From the NCBI GenBank assembly GCA_045540695.1, contig JAZQHR010000103.1:5346-69345 (forward strand): a stretch of 64,000 bases of DNA, given 5' to 3'. A program made the position numbers and the translations under genes. The notes under the pieces are model-generated. The model was not told where the DNA came from. It did no database searches and was given only the letters and a program-made list of their open reading frames with translations. The stretch comes from Clostridia bacterium (GTDB lineage Bacteria > Bacillota > Clostridia > UMGS1810). This document shows, piece by piece, positions 34,155-44,466 of this stretch (positions are counted from its first letter, which is position 1; each line of letters starts with the position of its first letter).

Positions 34155-36791
34155 ATGGCTATTAACAAAAAAATTGAAAAGACTTATGATCCCAAGAAGG
34201 TAGAAGACCGAATCTACCAAAACTGGGTGGATAATAAGTATTTTGAGGCTAAGGTTGACCCAGATAAAAAGCCTTTTACTATTGTAATTCCACCTCCTAA
34301 TGTAACAGGACAGTTACATATGGGACATGCTCTTGATGAAACTCTTCAGGATATTCTAATACGATATAAAAGAATGATGGGTTATAGTGCTCTATGGATT
34401 CCAGGTACTGACCATGCAGGTATTGCAACACAGATTAAGGTTGAAGAAAATCTTAGAGTTGAACACGGTCTTACAAGACATGACCTTGGAAGAGAAAAAT
34501 TTCTTGAAAAGGTTTGGGACTGGAAAAAGCAATATGGTGACAGAATAATCAATCAGCTTAAAAAACTTGGTTCTTCATGTGACTGGTCAAGAGAACGCTT
34601 CACAATGGATGAAGGCTGCTCAAAAGCCGTACGTGAAGTGTTTGTAAACCTTTATAACGAAGGTCTTATATACCAGGGCAGCAGAATTATAAACTGGTGT
34701 CCAAACTGTGCTACAGCGCTTTCTGATGCTGAGGTAGAGTATGCTGAGCAGGCAGGACATTTCTGGCATATTAAGTATCCTGTTAAAGATAGCGATGACT
34801 GTATCATTATTGCTACTACAAGACCTGAAACACTTCTTGGTGATACTGCTGTTGCAGTAAATCCTGAAGATGACAGATACAAAGACATGGTTGGAAAGAC
34901 ACTTATTCTTCCGCTTGTCGGCAGAGAAATCCCAATCATTGCAGATGATTACGTTGATAAAGAATTTGGTACAGGTGCGGTTAAAATTACGCCTGCACAT
35001 GACCCTAACGACTTTGAAGTAGGACAAAGACACAACCTAGAACAGATTAAAATATTTACTGATGATGCTAAAATTGCAAAAATTGGAAGTAAATATGATG
35101 GAATGTACAGATATGATGCAAGAAAGGCTATGGTTGAAGACCTTGAGGCTCAGGGCTTACTTGTTAAAATAGAAGACCATTCTCATAATGTTGGACAGTG
35201 TTACAGATGTTCTACAACAGTTGAACCTATGACATCAAAGCAGTGGTTTGTTAAAATGGAGCCACTTGCGAAGAGAGCTATAGAAGTTGTTAAAGACAAA
35301 ACTGTTAAATTTGTTCCTGACAGATTTAGCAAAACTTATCTTAACTGGATGGAAAACATCCACGACTGGTGTATATCAAGACAGCTTTGGTGGGGACACA
35401 GAATTCCTGCGTTCTACTGCGAAGACTGTGGTGAAACTACCGTTTCAAAAGAGGATATCACTGTATGTCCTAAGTGCGGTGGTAAGGTAAAACAAGATCC
35501 AGACGTGCTAGATACTTGGTTTAGCTCTGCGCTTTGGCCGTTCTCTACACTAGGTTGGCCTGATAAGACAGAAGACCTTGAATATTTCTATCCTACAAGC
35601 GTGCTTGTAACAGGATATGATATTATTTTCTTCTGGGTTGCAAGAATGATATTCTCGGCTGTTAAGCATACCGATAAAGCACCATTTGAACACGTATTTA
35701 TCCATGGTATCGTTAGAGACAGCCAGGGAAGAAAGATGAGTAAATCTCTTGGAAATGGTATAGACCCGCTTGTAGTTATAGACCAGTACGGTGCTGACGC
35801 ACTTAGATTTACTCTTGCTACAGGAAACTCACCTGGTAATGATATGAGATATTACGAGGAAAGAGTAGAGGCAAGCAGAAACTTTGCCAACAAGATATGG
35901 AATGCATCAAGATTCCTTCTTATGAACCTTGATATCGAAAAGATAGAACTTCCTTCAATTGATGAGCTTTGTATAGAGGATAAGTGGATACTTAGCAAGT
36001 ACAATAAACTGGTTAAAGAGGTTACTGAAAACCTTGACAAATTTGAGCTTGGCATTGCTGTATCTAAATTATATGATTTCATTTGGGATAATTACTGTGA
36101 CTGGTATATCGAGCTTGTTAAACCTAGACTATATGCAAAAGAAGGCAAGGATTTCCAGAATGCACAAAATGTTTTGGCGTATGTACTTATAAATACATTA
36201 AAGCTTTTACATCCGTTTATGCCGTTTATAACAGAGGAGATATACACTTATCTTCCACACGTTGAACCAAGCATAATGATTTCAAAATGGCCTGAATTTT
36301 CTAACAATTTATGCTTTGATGATGCCCAAAAGAATATGGAAATCATTATGGAAGCTATTAAGAGCATAAGAAACGTTAGAACACAGATGAATGTTGTTCC
36401 TTCTAAAAAAGCTAAAGTAATTATCGTTACTGATAATAAAGCTATATTTGAAGGCAGCGAAATATTCTTTGAAAAGCTTGCTTCAAGCCTTGAAACAGTA
36501 ATACAGTCAGATAAATCAGGTATACCTGAAAATGCTGTTACTACAGTTGTAGAAGGTGCTGAAATATTCATTCCACTTGATGACCTTGTTGATAAAGAAA
36601 AAGAAACTGAAAGACTTCTCAAGGAAAAAGAACATCTTGAAGCTGAAATCAAGAGGGTAGAAGGCAAGCTAAACAACCCTGGATTTGTGGCAAAAGCTCC
36701 GCAAAAGGTTGTTGACGAAGAAAAAGCAAAAGAAACTAAATACAAAGAAATGCTTGAAAAGGTTATTGCAAGCCTGGAGGCATTAAAATAA
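34155..36791 (+). CDS. valS: Valine--tRNA ligase
   Basis: [14 protein letters not shown] (HIGH), KMSKSLGN (KMSKS) and a C-terminal coiled coil. Confidence 0.95.
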   Translation: MAINKKIEKTYDPKKVEDRIYQNWVDNKYFEAKVDPDKKPFTIVIPPPNVTGQLHMGHALDETLQDILIRYKRMMGYSALWIPGTDHAGIATQIKVEENLRVEHGLTRHDLGREKFLEKVWDWKKQYGDRIINQLKKLGSSCDWSRERFTMDEGCSKAVREVFVNLYNEGLIYQGSRIINWCPNCATALSDAEVEYAEQAGHFWHIKYPVKDSDDCIIIATTRPETLLGDTAVAVNPEDDRYKDMVGKTLILPLVGREIPIIADDYVDKEFGTGAVKITPAHDPNDFEVGQRHNLEQIKIFTDDAKIAKIGSKYDGMYRYDARKAMVEDLEAQGLLVKIEDHSHNVGQCYRCSTTVEPMTSKQWFVKMEPLAKRAIEVVKDKTVKFVPDRFSKTYLNWMENIHDWCISRQLWWGHRIPAFYCEDCGETTVSKEDITVCPKCGGKVKQDPDVLDTWFSSALWPFSTLGWPDKTEDLEYFYPTSVLVTGYDIIFFWVARMIFSAVKHTDKAPFEHVFIHGIVRDSQGRKMSKSLGNGIDPLVVIDQYGADALRFTLATGNSPGNDMRYYEERVEASRNFANKIWNASRFLLMNLDIEKIELPSIDELCIEDKWILSKYNKLVKEVTENLDKFELGIAVSKLYDFIWDNYCDWYIELVKPRLYAKEGKDFQNAQNVLAYVLINTLKLLHPFMPFITEEIYTYLPHVEPSIMISKWPEFSNNLCFDDAQKNMEIIMEAIKSIRNVRTQMNVVPSKKAKVIIVTDNKAIFEGSEIFFEKLASSLETVIQSDKSGIPENAVTTVVEGAEIFIPLDDLVDKEKETERLLKEKEHLEAEIKRVEGKLNNPGFVAKAPQKVVDEEKAKETKYKEMLEKVIASLEALK

Positions 36792-36804
36792 ACTGAGGTG
36801 CAAA

Positions 36805-38082
36805 ATGAATATAAACGAATGCATTGATTATATTCATTCGCTAGGCAGATTTGGTAAAAAATCAGGACTTGATAATATACGAATGCTAATGGATTTTCTT
36901 GATAATCCGCAGGACGAATTAAAATTTATTCATGTTGCCGGTACAAACGGAAAAGGTTCAACATCGTATCTTATCGCCAATGTTTTAAAATATCAAGGAT
37001 ATAAGGTGGGGCTTTTTACCTCACCTTTTATTGAAGTTTTTAATGAACGTATACGTCTAAACGGCGAAAACATTACTGATAGTGACCTGATAAAGTATAC
37101 CTCTGTTGTAAAAAAAGCGGTTGAATATCTAGAAGAAAAAGGATTTCACCCAATTGAATTTGAAGTAATAACTGCTATAGCTTTTTTATATTACAAAGAA
37201 CAAAAATGTGACTATGTTGTTCTGGAAACCGGAATAGGCGGCAGATTAGACTCAACAAATATTATTAAAAGTAATGTTGCGAGTGTTATAACAACTATTG
37301 GGATAGACCATACGAGTATCCTTGGTGAAACATTATCTGAAATTGCATATCAAAAGGCGGGTATAATAAAGGAAAATTCTGATGTTATATTGTATCCGAA
37401 TATTGATGATAAAGCTAAGAAAACAATCGTAGATTATGCTTTAAAATTAAATTCAACTATACACATATCCGACCTTTCTGCACTGGAGATTAAAAGTGAT
37501 ACTTCTAATGGAAGCATCTTTAATTACAAGAAGTATAAAGATATAAAACTATCTCTTGTTGGAAGCCATCAAATATTAAATGCAATTACTGTACTCGAAA
37601 CCATAACAGCCATATCAGATAAAATAAAAATAAATGAAAATAGTATCAGAAATGCATTTATTAACGCAAAATGGCCTGTGAGATTTGAAGTATTTAATAA
37701 AAATATTCCAATTGTAGTTGATGGAGCACACAATTTTGAAGGTGTTAGTGGATTTATAGATAGTTTAAATAAATATTTTCCCGATTTTAAAAAGATACTT
37801 ATCATTGGTATGCTTAATGAGAAAGAATATAAAAAATCTCTTGATTATGCATTAAACATTGCTGACGAGGTTGTCATAACGAATGTACCTAGCGTAAGGC
37901 AAACTGACGTTAGCGAAATATATAATTATGCAAAATCAAAAGCTCAAAAGGTGTATTTTGTTGAAAATAATGAAGAAGCACTTGTTTTTGCTCATAAACT
38001 ATCTGATGAAAAATCTGTAATAGGTTTATTTGGTTCATTGTACTTAGCCGGAAATATAAGAGGTTTTGTCGAAAACTTTTAA
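36805..38082 (+). CDS. folC: Folylpolyglutamate synthase/dihydrofolate synthase
   Basis: HVAGTNGKGST P-loop, ETGIGGRLDSTN and DGAHN motifs. Confidence 0.9.
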   Translation: MNINECIDYIHSLGRFGKKSGLDNIRMLMDFLDNPQDELKFIHVAGTNGKGSTSYLIANVLKYQGYKVGLFTSPFIEVFNERIRLNGENITDSDLIKYTSVVKKAVEYLEEKGFHPIEFEVITAIAFLYYKEQKCDYVVLETGIGGRLDSTNIIKSNVASVITTIGIDHTSILGETLSEIAYQKAGIIKENSDVILYPNIDDKAKKTIVDYALKLNSTIHISDLSALEIKSDTSNGSIFNYKKYKDIKLSLVGSHQILNAITVLETITAISDKIKINENSIRNAFINAKWPVRFEVFNKNIPIVVDGAHNFEGVSGFIDSLNKYFPDFKKILIIGMLNEKEYKKSLDYALNIADEVVITNVPSVRQTDVSEIYNYAKSKAQKVYFVENNEEALVFAHKLSDEKSVIGLFGSLYLAGNIRGFVENF

Positions 38083-38086
38083 GGTT

Positions 38087-38140
38087 TTTGACAAAGCTTC
38101 TTTTTTTTCGTCAAAGGAAAAAAGATTCAAAAAAAGAATA
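38087..38140 (+). promoter_or_regulatory. Putative spoIIA promoter region: two Spo0A-box-like elements and a SigH-type promoter
   Basis: TTTGACA (38087-38093) and TTCGTCA (38107-38113) each differ at one position from the 0A box TTCGACA. AGGAAAA (38115-38121) and GAAT (38136-38139) have SigH-like spacing. Confidence 0.35.
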
Positions 38141-38179
38141 TGATTATATGTTTAACTATATTACAAAGGAGTGGAATCT

Positions 38180-38539
38180 TTGAAGGTTTTTTTCAGTACT
38201 AAAGATAAAACATTAATTGCTAAAATCACAGGCGAACTTGACCACCATAACGCAGCTGAAATACGCGAAGAAACAGATTTTAAAATTATAAATGAGAATA
38301 TTAAGACTGTAATATTTGATTTTACAAATTTATCATTTATTGATAGCTCGGGTGTTGGTGTGATTATCGGACGATATAAGTTAATAAGCTCTTTATCAGG
38401 TAAACTTATTATTGTTTCACCATCGAAAACAATAAATAAAATACTGGAACTGTCCGGAATAATGAAAATAATGAAGGTTTATAAAAATTTTGATGAATTA
38501 ACTTTAGAAGGGAGCTTTAAAAATGAATTTGCGAAATGA
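38180..38539 (+). CDS. spoIIAA: Anti-sigma-F factor antagonist
   Basis: STAS domain with the phosphorylatable-Ser context FIDSSGVGVIIGRYK. The TTG at 38180 lies 8 nt after SD aaggag (the track starts at GTG 38171). Confidence 0.85.
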   Translation: MKVFFSTKDKTLIAKITGELDHHNAAEIREETDFKIINENIKTVIFDFTNLSFIDSSGVGVIIGRYKLISSLSGKLIIVSPSKTINKILELSGIMKIMKVYKNFDELTLEGSFKNEFAK

Positions 38540-38957
38540 AATCATGGTTAAATTTTTAAGTAAATCAGAAAATGAAGGATTCGCAAGAATGGTTGTAGCC
38601 TCACTAGTATCGCAGCTTGACCCAACTATTGAGGAATTAAACGACGTTAAAACTGCGGTGTCAGAGGCAGTAACAAACTGCATTGTGCATGCCTACAGTG
38701 ATAAAAAAGGATACATATTTTTGGAATGTAAATTATATGACAATATGATTGTGATGAGTGTAAAAGATAACGGAAAGGGGATAGAGGATGTAAAAAAAGC
38801 CCGAGAGCCATTATTTACTACTAATACCGATATGGAAAGATCAGGCATGGGATTTACCGTAATGGAAACTTTTATGGATGAAGTGGAAGTTGAATCAATA
38901 CCTGATGTTGGCACAAAAGTTACTATGAAAAAGAAAATATGTGCAAATACACTTTGA
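38523..38957 (+). CDS. spoIIAB: Anti-sigma-F factor (serine kinase)
   Basis: SENEGFARMVVASLVSQLDPTIEELNDVKTAVSEAVTNCIVHAY is collinear with B. subtilis SpoIIAB. GHKL ATPase G-boxes are present. Confidence 0.9.
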   Translation: MNLRNEIMVKFLSKSENEGFARMVVASLVSQLDPTIEELNDVKTAVSEAVTNCIVHAYSDKKGYIFLECKLYDNMIVMSVKDNGKGIEDVKKAREPLFTTNTDMERSGMGFTVMETFMDEVEVESIPDVGTKVTMKKKICANTL

Positions 38958-38981
38958 TAAATTCGAAAGGTTGACGATGTC

Positions 38982-39701
38982 TTGAATACAGAAATACACA
39001 ATCTAATTTTAAAAGCACAATCAGGCGATAAAGAGGCTGAATCGAAGATATTTGAAGATAATATTGGGCTTATATGGAGTGTTGCTAAAAGATTTTCCAA
39101 TAGAGGATATGATGCAGATGATATTTTTCAGATTGGAAGTATAGGCATGATAAAAGCAATACAAAAGTTTGACCTGTCATTTAATGTGAAATTTTCAACT
39201 TACGCTGTACCTATGATAATGGGAGAAATTAAACGATTTTTACGTGACGATGGTATAATAAAGGTTAGCAGAAACCTAAAAGAACTTGCATATAAAGCAA
39301 ATTACGCAAGGGAACAGATAGAAAAAAGGAAAGGTGCAGATGCAAGAATATCTGAAATTGCAGATTTTTTAAACATTAGCACTGAAGATGTAGTACAAGC
39401 CTTAGAAGCAAATTCGTGCATGGAATCACTATATCAAACTGTAAATGATGACAGTAAATCTCCTGTATACATTATTGATAGAATAAACAATAACGAGAAC
39501 AATGAAAATGATTTGATAGACATGATTGATATAAAAGAATCGTTAAGAAAACTCGATTATCGGGATAGGCAAATAATCGTTATGAGGTATATAAAGGGTA
39601 AAACTCAAAGTGAAATAGCAAAAGCACTCGGCATTTCTCAAGTACAAGTTTCCCGACTTGAAAAGAAAATTTTAATTAATATGCGTAAAATGATAAGCTA
39701 A
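38982..39701 (+). CDS. sigF: Sporulation sigma factor SigF
   Basis: Sigma-70 regions 2-4 (DDIFQIGSIGMIKAIQKFD, YAVPMIMGEIKRFLRD, GKTQSEIAKALGISQVQVSRLEKK). Follows spoIIAA-AB. Confidence 0.9.
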   Translation: MNTEIHNLILKAQSGDKEAESKIFEDNIGLIWSVAKRFSNRGYDADDIFQIGSIGMIKAIQKFDLSFNVKFSTYAVPMIMGEIKRFLRDDGIIKVSRNLKELAYKANYAREQIEKRKGADARISEIADFLNISTEDVVQALEANSCMESLYQTVNDDSKSPVYIIDRINNNENNENDLIDMIDIKESLRKLDYRDRQIIVMRYIKGKTQSEIAKALGISQVQVSRLEKKILINMRKMIS

Positions 39702-39788
39702 TTTTATTAATTTGCTATTGATTTTCTACAAAAAATATGTTATTATACAATTTAGATGTGTTTAAATATACCTCGAGGAGGAGATAAC

Positions 39789-40478
39789 TTGAATAGTGAA
39801 TTAAATTTACTCGATTTAATCAGCGTTTTTCTTAAAAGATGGTGGATTATATTCATAAGTATTGTTGTTATTGGCGGTTTGTCTTTTGTGTATTCTGAAT
39901 TTTTCATTCAGCCTATGTATACATCCAGAGGAACATTATATGTTCAAAACACAAGCTATGATATATCTGAAAATATGAATGTAAGTGATATTTCAGCATC
40001 AAAAGAGCTTGTAAATACATACATTGAAATACTTAAAAGCAATACTTTCTTAAACATCGTAAGTAATAGATGTGGACTTGATTACAAACCGGGCGAGATA
40101 AAATCTATGGTTTCTCTTGCGTCAGTTAACGAAACTGAAATTTTTTCAGTTTCAGTAAGAAATGCAAATCCTGAGCATGCGATGAAGATATGTCAGACAA
40201 TTTTAGTTAGTGCCCAAGAAGAGATTGCAAGAATAGTTTCGGTTGGTAACGTTAAAATAGTTGACAACGCAAATAATCCAATAGCTCCTTCATCTCCAAA
40301 CGTAAGTAGAAATACATTTCTAGGTACTGTTTTCGGTATAATCTTAGGTATGCTTATCATTCTTGCCCTTGAAACACTTGATATGCGTGTTAAGAGTGAA
40401 AATGATTTATCTGACAAATATAGACTTCCTATTTTAGGCGTTATACCTACACTTGAAACAGTATCAAAATCGAAATAG
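39789..40478 (+). CDS. Wzz/YwqC-type chain-length determinant / BY-kinase transmembrane modulator
   Basis: N- and C-terminal TM segments flank a periplasmic-type domain (YTSRGTLYV, ELVNTYIEILKS). The TTG at 39789 follows SD ggaggag. Confidence 0.8.
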   Translation: MNSELNLLDLISVFLKRWWIIFISIVVIGGLSFVYSEFFIQPMYTSRGTLYVQNTSYDISENMNVSDISASKELVNTYIEILKSNTFLNIVSNRCGLDYKPGEIKSMVSLASVNETEIFSVSVRNANPEHAMKICQTILVSAQEEIARIVSVGNVKIVDNANNPIAPSSPNVSRNTFLGTVFGIILGMLIILALETLDMRVKSENDLSDKYRLPILGVIPTLETVSKSK

Positions 40479-40490
40479 GAGGATAATGAT

Positions 40491-41282
40491 ATGGCTAATA
40501 CTACTAAAACGGAAAAAAGCAAGATAATTCAAGCAGAAACTCTAAAAAACAGTCGTCTTGCCATACTTAACGATAAAACAAATTTCTCAGTAAAAGAGGC
40601 ATATAAGGCAGCAAGAACTAACTTTATGTTTGCTCTATCTAATATTCCAGACAAATGCAAGAAAATTGTTTTTACAAGCCAAGGCCCAGGCGAGGGTAAG
40701 ACAACCACTTCAATAAATATTGCTGTTGCATTTGCTCAAACAGGTGCAAAGGTTATGATTATTGATGGCGACCTTAGACGTCCACATGTTCATAAATACC
40801 TTGATATTGACAATGAAATAGGTCTTACAAGTGTTCTTGGTGGATTTAATACATTAGAAGAAGCTATAAAAAAGCATGAATTAGGTGTGGATTGTATTAC
40901 ATGTGGTCATATACCACCAAACCCTTCAGAGCTTCTTTCATCAAACAAAATGATTGACCTAGTTGAAAGCCTTACTGATAAGTATGACTATATCGTTTTG
41001 GATACTCCTCCAATAAACGTTGTATCCGACGCTATAGCAATGTCAACCAAACTTGATGCAAGTGTTGCTTTGGTTGTTAGACAAAAATACACTACACATG
41101 ATGCTATTAAAAAATCAATATCTACACTTGAATTTGCAAACGCAAGACTTTTAGGTTTTGTACTAAACGACGTTACTGACGAATCATTCACATACAGAAG
41201 CAGATACGGTAGATACAGATCGTACAGAAACTATAAAAAGTATGTAAAATATGACTCAAAATACGGTTATAAGTATTATTGA
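40491..41282 (+). CDS. CpsD/CapB/YwqD-family bacterial tyrosine kinase (BY-kinase)
   Basis: Walker A SQGPGEGKTTT, Walker A' VMIIDGDLRRP, Walker B YIVLDTPP. C-terminal Tyr cluster YRSRYGRYRSYRNYKKYVKYDSKYGYKYY. Confidence 0.9.
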   Translation: MANTTKTEKSKIIQAETLKNSRLAILNDKTNFSVKEAYKAARTNFMFALSNIPDKCKKIVFTSQGPGEGKTTTSINIAVAFAQTGAKVMIIDGDLRRPHVHKYLDIDNEIGLTSVLGGFNTLEEAIKKHELGVDCITCGHIPPNPSELLSSNKMIDLVESLTDKYDYIVLDTPPINVVSDAIAMSTKLDASVALVVRQKYTTHDAIKKSISTLEFANARLLGFVLNDVTDESFTYRSRYGRYRSYRNYKKYVKYDSKYGYKYY

Positions 41283-41306
41283 TGTTATTTTATTGGAGGA
41301 ATTATA

Positions 41307-42002
41307 ATGATTGACTTTCATTCACACATTCTTCCCGGTATAGATGATGGCGCTCAGGATATAGAAGAAGCGATATCTATGCTTGAGTATTCAAAATCTC
41401 AAGGAATATCCACTATGGTCGCTACACCGCATTATTATACAGAAACATCAATTGACGATTTTATAGCCCAAAGAGAAAATTCATACAACACTTTAAAAGA
41501 AGAATGTAAAAAAAGGAATATTGATATTCCAAATATTATTTTGGGTGCTGAGGTTTATTTGACAAACGACTTATTTGAGGCCGGAGATATAAATAAGCTT
41601 TCTATCGATGGAACAAAGACTATACTTATAGAAATGCCGTATTCATATTGGCACGATATATATTACGATAAGATTTTCCACTTAACTAGCAAATATCATT
41701 TAAAACCTGTTATTGCACATTTGGACAGGTATATAATGGCTGATAAGAAAAGTGTAAATATATCAAAGCTTTTGAGTATGGAGGTTCGTGTCCAGATAAA
41801 CTCTGATACATTGGTATATGATAAAAAACTTGCTAAGAAAATTTTTAGAAAAGACTTAATAGATGTATTAGGTTCTGACACACATAACAATGACTATAGA
41901 AAATCTTCGCTTAGAGAAGCTTATGATTTATTAAAAAATAAACTTGGTGAAGATGCGGTAGAAAGTATTAATGATAAAGCAAGATATTTACTCAATTTAT
42001 AA
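41307..42002 (+). CDS. CpsB/YwqE-type PHP-family protein-tyrosine phosphatase
   Basis: MIDFHSHILPGIDDGA signature, VATPH and GSDTHN. Confidence 0.9.
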   Translation: MIDFHSHILPGIDDGAQDIEEAISMLEYSKSQGISTMVATPHYYTETSIDDFIAQRENSYNTLKEECKKRNIDIPNIILGAEVYLTNDLFEAGDINKLSIDGTKTILIEMPYSYWHDIYYDKIFHLTSKYHLKPVIAHLDRYIMADKKSVNISKLLSMEVRVQINSDTLVYDKKLAKKIFRKDLIDVLGSDTHNNDYRKSSLREAYDLLKNKLGEDAVESINDKARYLLNL

Positions 42003-42009
42003 CAAAAAA

Positions 42010-42029
42010 GCGGAGAAGTTTTTCTCCGC
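42010..42029 (+). terminator. Rho-independent terminator
   Basis: gcggagaa-gttt-ttctccgc hairpin after the phosphatase gene. Confidence 0.65.
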
Positions 42030-42052
42030 TAAATTTATATCAAGGTGATAAA

Positions 42053-42742
42053 ATGGAATTAACAAACAGATTAAAGGCAGTGGCAGATTATATTACTAAG
42101 TGTGATACTATTGCTGACATAGGAACTGATCACGCATACATACCTATTTATTGCGTACAAAATAAGATTTGTAAATACGCATTAGCATGCGATGTAAATG
42201 AAGGTCCTTTGAAAATAGCTAAAAAAAATATTGCATCTAAAGGTATGTCTGACAAAATTGAAACAAGGCTATCTGATGGACTTAAAAAAATATATAAAAA
42301 TGAAGTAAATACTATTGTTATTGCAGGTATGGGGGGTCAGCTTATAAACGAAATAATCAGTGCCGGGTTAAATATAATTACACCGGATACTGAATTGATT
42401 CTTCAGCCCATGATTGCTGTTTCGGATACTAGAAAATATTTGCTTGAAAACGGATTTTCAATATTAGGCGAAAAAATAGCAGTTGAAGGAGAAAAGTTAT
42501 ATAACATTTTAAAAGTTAAGCGAAAAGAGCAAAATTTTGATGATTTCGATATATTTATAGGACGTCAAATATTAAATGATGAAAATGCAGTTAGATATTT
42601 TGAAAGAAACATAAGAATTTCAAAAAATATTATTGAAGGTTTGGAAAAATCGACTAATAAAGAAAAAGAGATTTCTCATGAAAAATATAAGCTTTCTCTA
42701 TACGAAAAAGCGCTTAATAAAGTTTTACAAGGAGAAAAATGA
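42053..42742 (+). CDS. trmK: tRNA (adenine22-N1)-methyltransferase
   Basis: RLKAVADYI...IADIGTDHAYIPIY...ACDVNEGPL...RLSDGL is the typical TrmK/DUF633 pattern. Confidence 0.75.
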   Translation: MELTNRLKAVADYITKCDTIADIGTDHAYIPIYCVQNKICKYALACDVNEGPLKIAKKNIASKGMSDKIETRLSDGLKKIYKNEVNTIVIAGMGGQLINEIISAGLNIITPDTELILQPMIAVSDTRKYLLENGFSILGEKIAVEGEKLYNILKVKRKEQNFDDFDIFIGRQILNDENAVRYFERNIRISKNIIEGLEKSTNKEKEISHEKYKLSLYEKALNKVLQGEK

Positions 42743-43515
42743 TGGTAACGGTTAATGATATAATAACATATCTGGATAATTTATATCCCGAAAATAATGC
42801 TGAAAGCTGGGACAATGTCGGACTGCTTCTTGGCACAAAAAATAATAAAGTAAATAAAGTTCTTCTTACACTTGATATTGACGAAAAGGTAGTAGATGAA
42901 GCCGTAGAAAATAAAGCTGATATGATCATATCTCATCATCCACTAATATTTAATCCAATAAAAAGCATCATTACTGATTCTCACGATGGAAGAATGTTTG
43001 AAAAGCTTATAAAAAACAATATAGCTGTATACTCTGCACATACTAATTTTGATGTTTCTGAAAATGGACTAAACGATTACGCAGCAAAGCTTGTTGGCAT
43101 TAGCGTAAAAGGTATTTTAAGCGAGCAATCGTCACTTGGTAGATATGGATGTTTTGATAAAGAACATAACTTAAAAGATGTTTTGGACATTTGCAAAAAT
43201 AAATTTTATTCTAAAAATATTCGCTATGTAGGCGATTTGGATAAAAATATTAAAAATATAGCTATTGTGACTGGTAGTGGAATGAGCGAAGTGGATAGCT
43301 GCTACGAAAAAAATATTGATTTATTTATTACAGGTGACGTAAAATACAGCGGAGCCCGAGAAGCGTTAAACAATAATCTTTCTATTATTGACCTTGGACA
43401 CTATGGTAGTGAATATATTGCAGTTGACTTATTCTATGATGTATTATCAAAAAAATTCGCTGATGTAAGCTTTATTAAATCAACTGCCAACACCGATATA
43501 TTTGACAGTTTTTAA
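42739..43515 (+). CDS. Nif3-like dinuclear metal-center protein
   Basis: AESWDNVGLLLG, ISHHPLIF, YSAHTNFD and DLGHYGSE motifs. Conserved trmK-nif3 pairing. Confidence 0.85.
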   Translation: MMVTVNDIITYLDNLYPENNAESWDNVGLLLGTKNNKVNKVLLTLDIDEKVVDEAVENKADMIISHHPLIFNPIKSIITDSHDGRMFEKLIKNNIAVYSAHTNFDVSENGLNDYAAKLVGISVKGILSEQSSLGRYGCFDKEHNLKDVLDICKNKFYSKNIRYVGDLDKNIKNIAIVTGSGMSEVDSCYEKNIDLFITGDVKYSGAREALNNNLSIIDLGHYGSEYIAVDLFYDVLSKKFADVSFIKSTANTDIFDSF

Positions 43516-43537
43516 AAATAATGATATATTTATCTAT

Positions 43538-43883
43538 GCGAGCAAGCCGGATAGTCGCATGTATAGTGCCGAAAGGCCGTACATGAGGAAAGTCCGAGCA
43601 TCATAGGGCAGGGTGCCGGGTAACGCCCGGTGGAGGCGACTCTAAGGATAGTGCAACAGAAAAAAACCGCCGTTTTTTAACGGTAAGGGTGAAAAGGCGA
43701 GGTAAGAGCTCACCGTGGGCTGGGTGATCAGTCTGACGTGTAAACCCCACTTGATGCAACACCGTATAGAGAGGAATATATGTTGGCCCGACATTCCTCG
43801 GGTAGGTGGCTTGATATGTGCAGTAATGTACATACTAGATAGATGGCTATTCAAGACAGAACTCGGCTTATAGACTTGCTCGC
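43538..43883 (+). ncRNA. rnpB: RNase P RNA (bacterial, type B)
   Basis: P1 pairing gcgagcaag (43538-) with cttgctcgc (-43883). Universally conserved GAGGAAAGTCCGAGC and ACAGAACTCGGCTTA blocks. GGTAACGCC and GTGCAACAGAAA are present. Confidence 0.9.
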
Positions 43884-43909
43884 AACTTTATTTTTGGAGG
43901 GAATTTAAA

Positions 43910-44350
43910 ATGCAAAAAGTAAATATAAAAAAACTACATAAAGATGCCGTAATTCCGACTTATGGCTCAAAGAATGCAGCAGGAGCAGATTTATATGCAT
44001 GTATAGATGAGGCTGTAGAAATATTACCTGGCGAAACAAAAATGATCCCAACAGGATTATCTATGGAAATTCCTATTGGGTATGCGGGATTTATATACGC
44101 ACGAAGCGGACTTGCTTCAAAAAGAGGCTTAGCTCCTGCAAATAAGGTTGGTGTGGTTGATTCGGATTATCGTGGTGAATTTATGGTTGCACTTCATAAC
44201 CATTCTAATGAAAAACAGTCAGTTGAACCTAAAGAAAGAATTGCACAACTTGTTATAGCCCCACATTTAACAGTAATGTTTAATGAGGTCGAGGAGTTAA
44301 CTGACACTGAACGCGGAAGCGGTGGATTTGGTTCTACCGGTACAAAATAA
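43910..44350 (+). CDS. dut: dUTP diphosphatase (chromosomal copy)
   Basis: NAAGADL, ARSGLASK, VDSDYRGE and RGSGGFGSTG motifs. Confidence 0.9.
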   Translation: MQKVNIKKLHKDAVIPTYGSKNAAGADLYACIDEAVEILPGETKMIPTGLSMEIPIGYAGFIYARSGLASKRGLAPANKVGVVDSDYRGEFMVALHNHSNEKQSVEPKERIAQLVIAPHLTVMFNEVEELTDTERGSGGFGSTGTK

Positions 44351-44369
44351 TAATTGTTAAAGCTATTAA

Positions 44370-44405
44370 CAGCACAAAAGTTTTTGCTTTTGTGCTGTTT
44401 TTTTG
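44370..44405 (+). terminator. Rho-independent terminator
   Basis: cagcacaaaag / cttttgtgctg 11-bp stem followed by T8. Confidence 0.8.
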
Positions 44406-44466
44406 TTATATATCTAAACTTATACTCATATATATATTTATATATCTATAATCAAAGGTGATACTT

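Noticed and set aside
43642-43854. 70-aa reverse-strand ORF in the ORF track
   Set aside because: It lies entirely inside the RNase P RNA gene (43538-43883), whose conserved blocks and P1 pairing explain the region. There is no SD.
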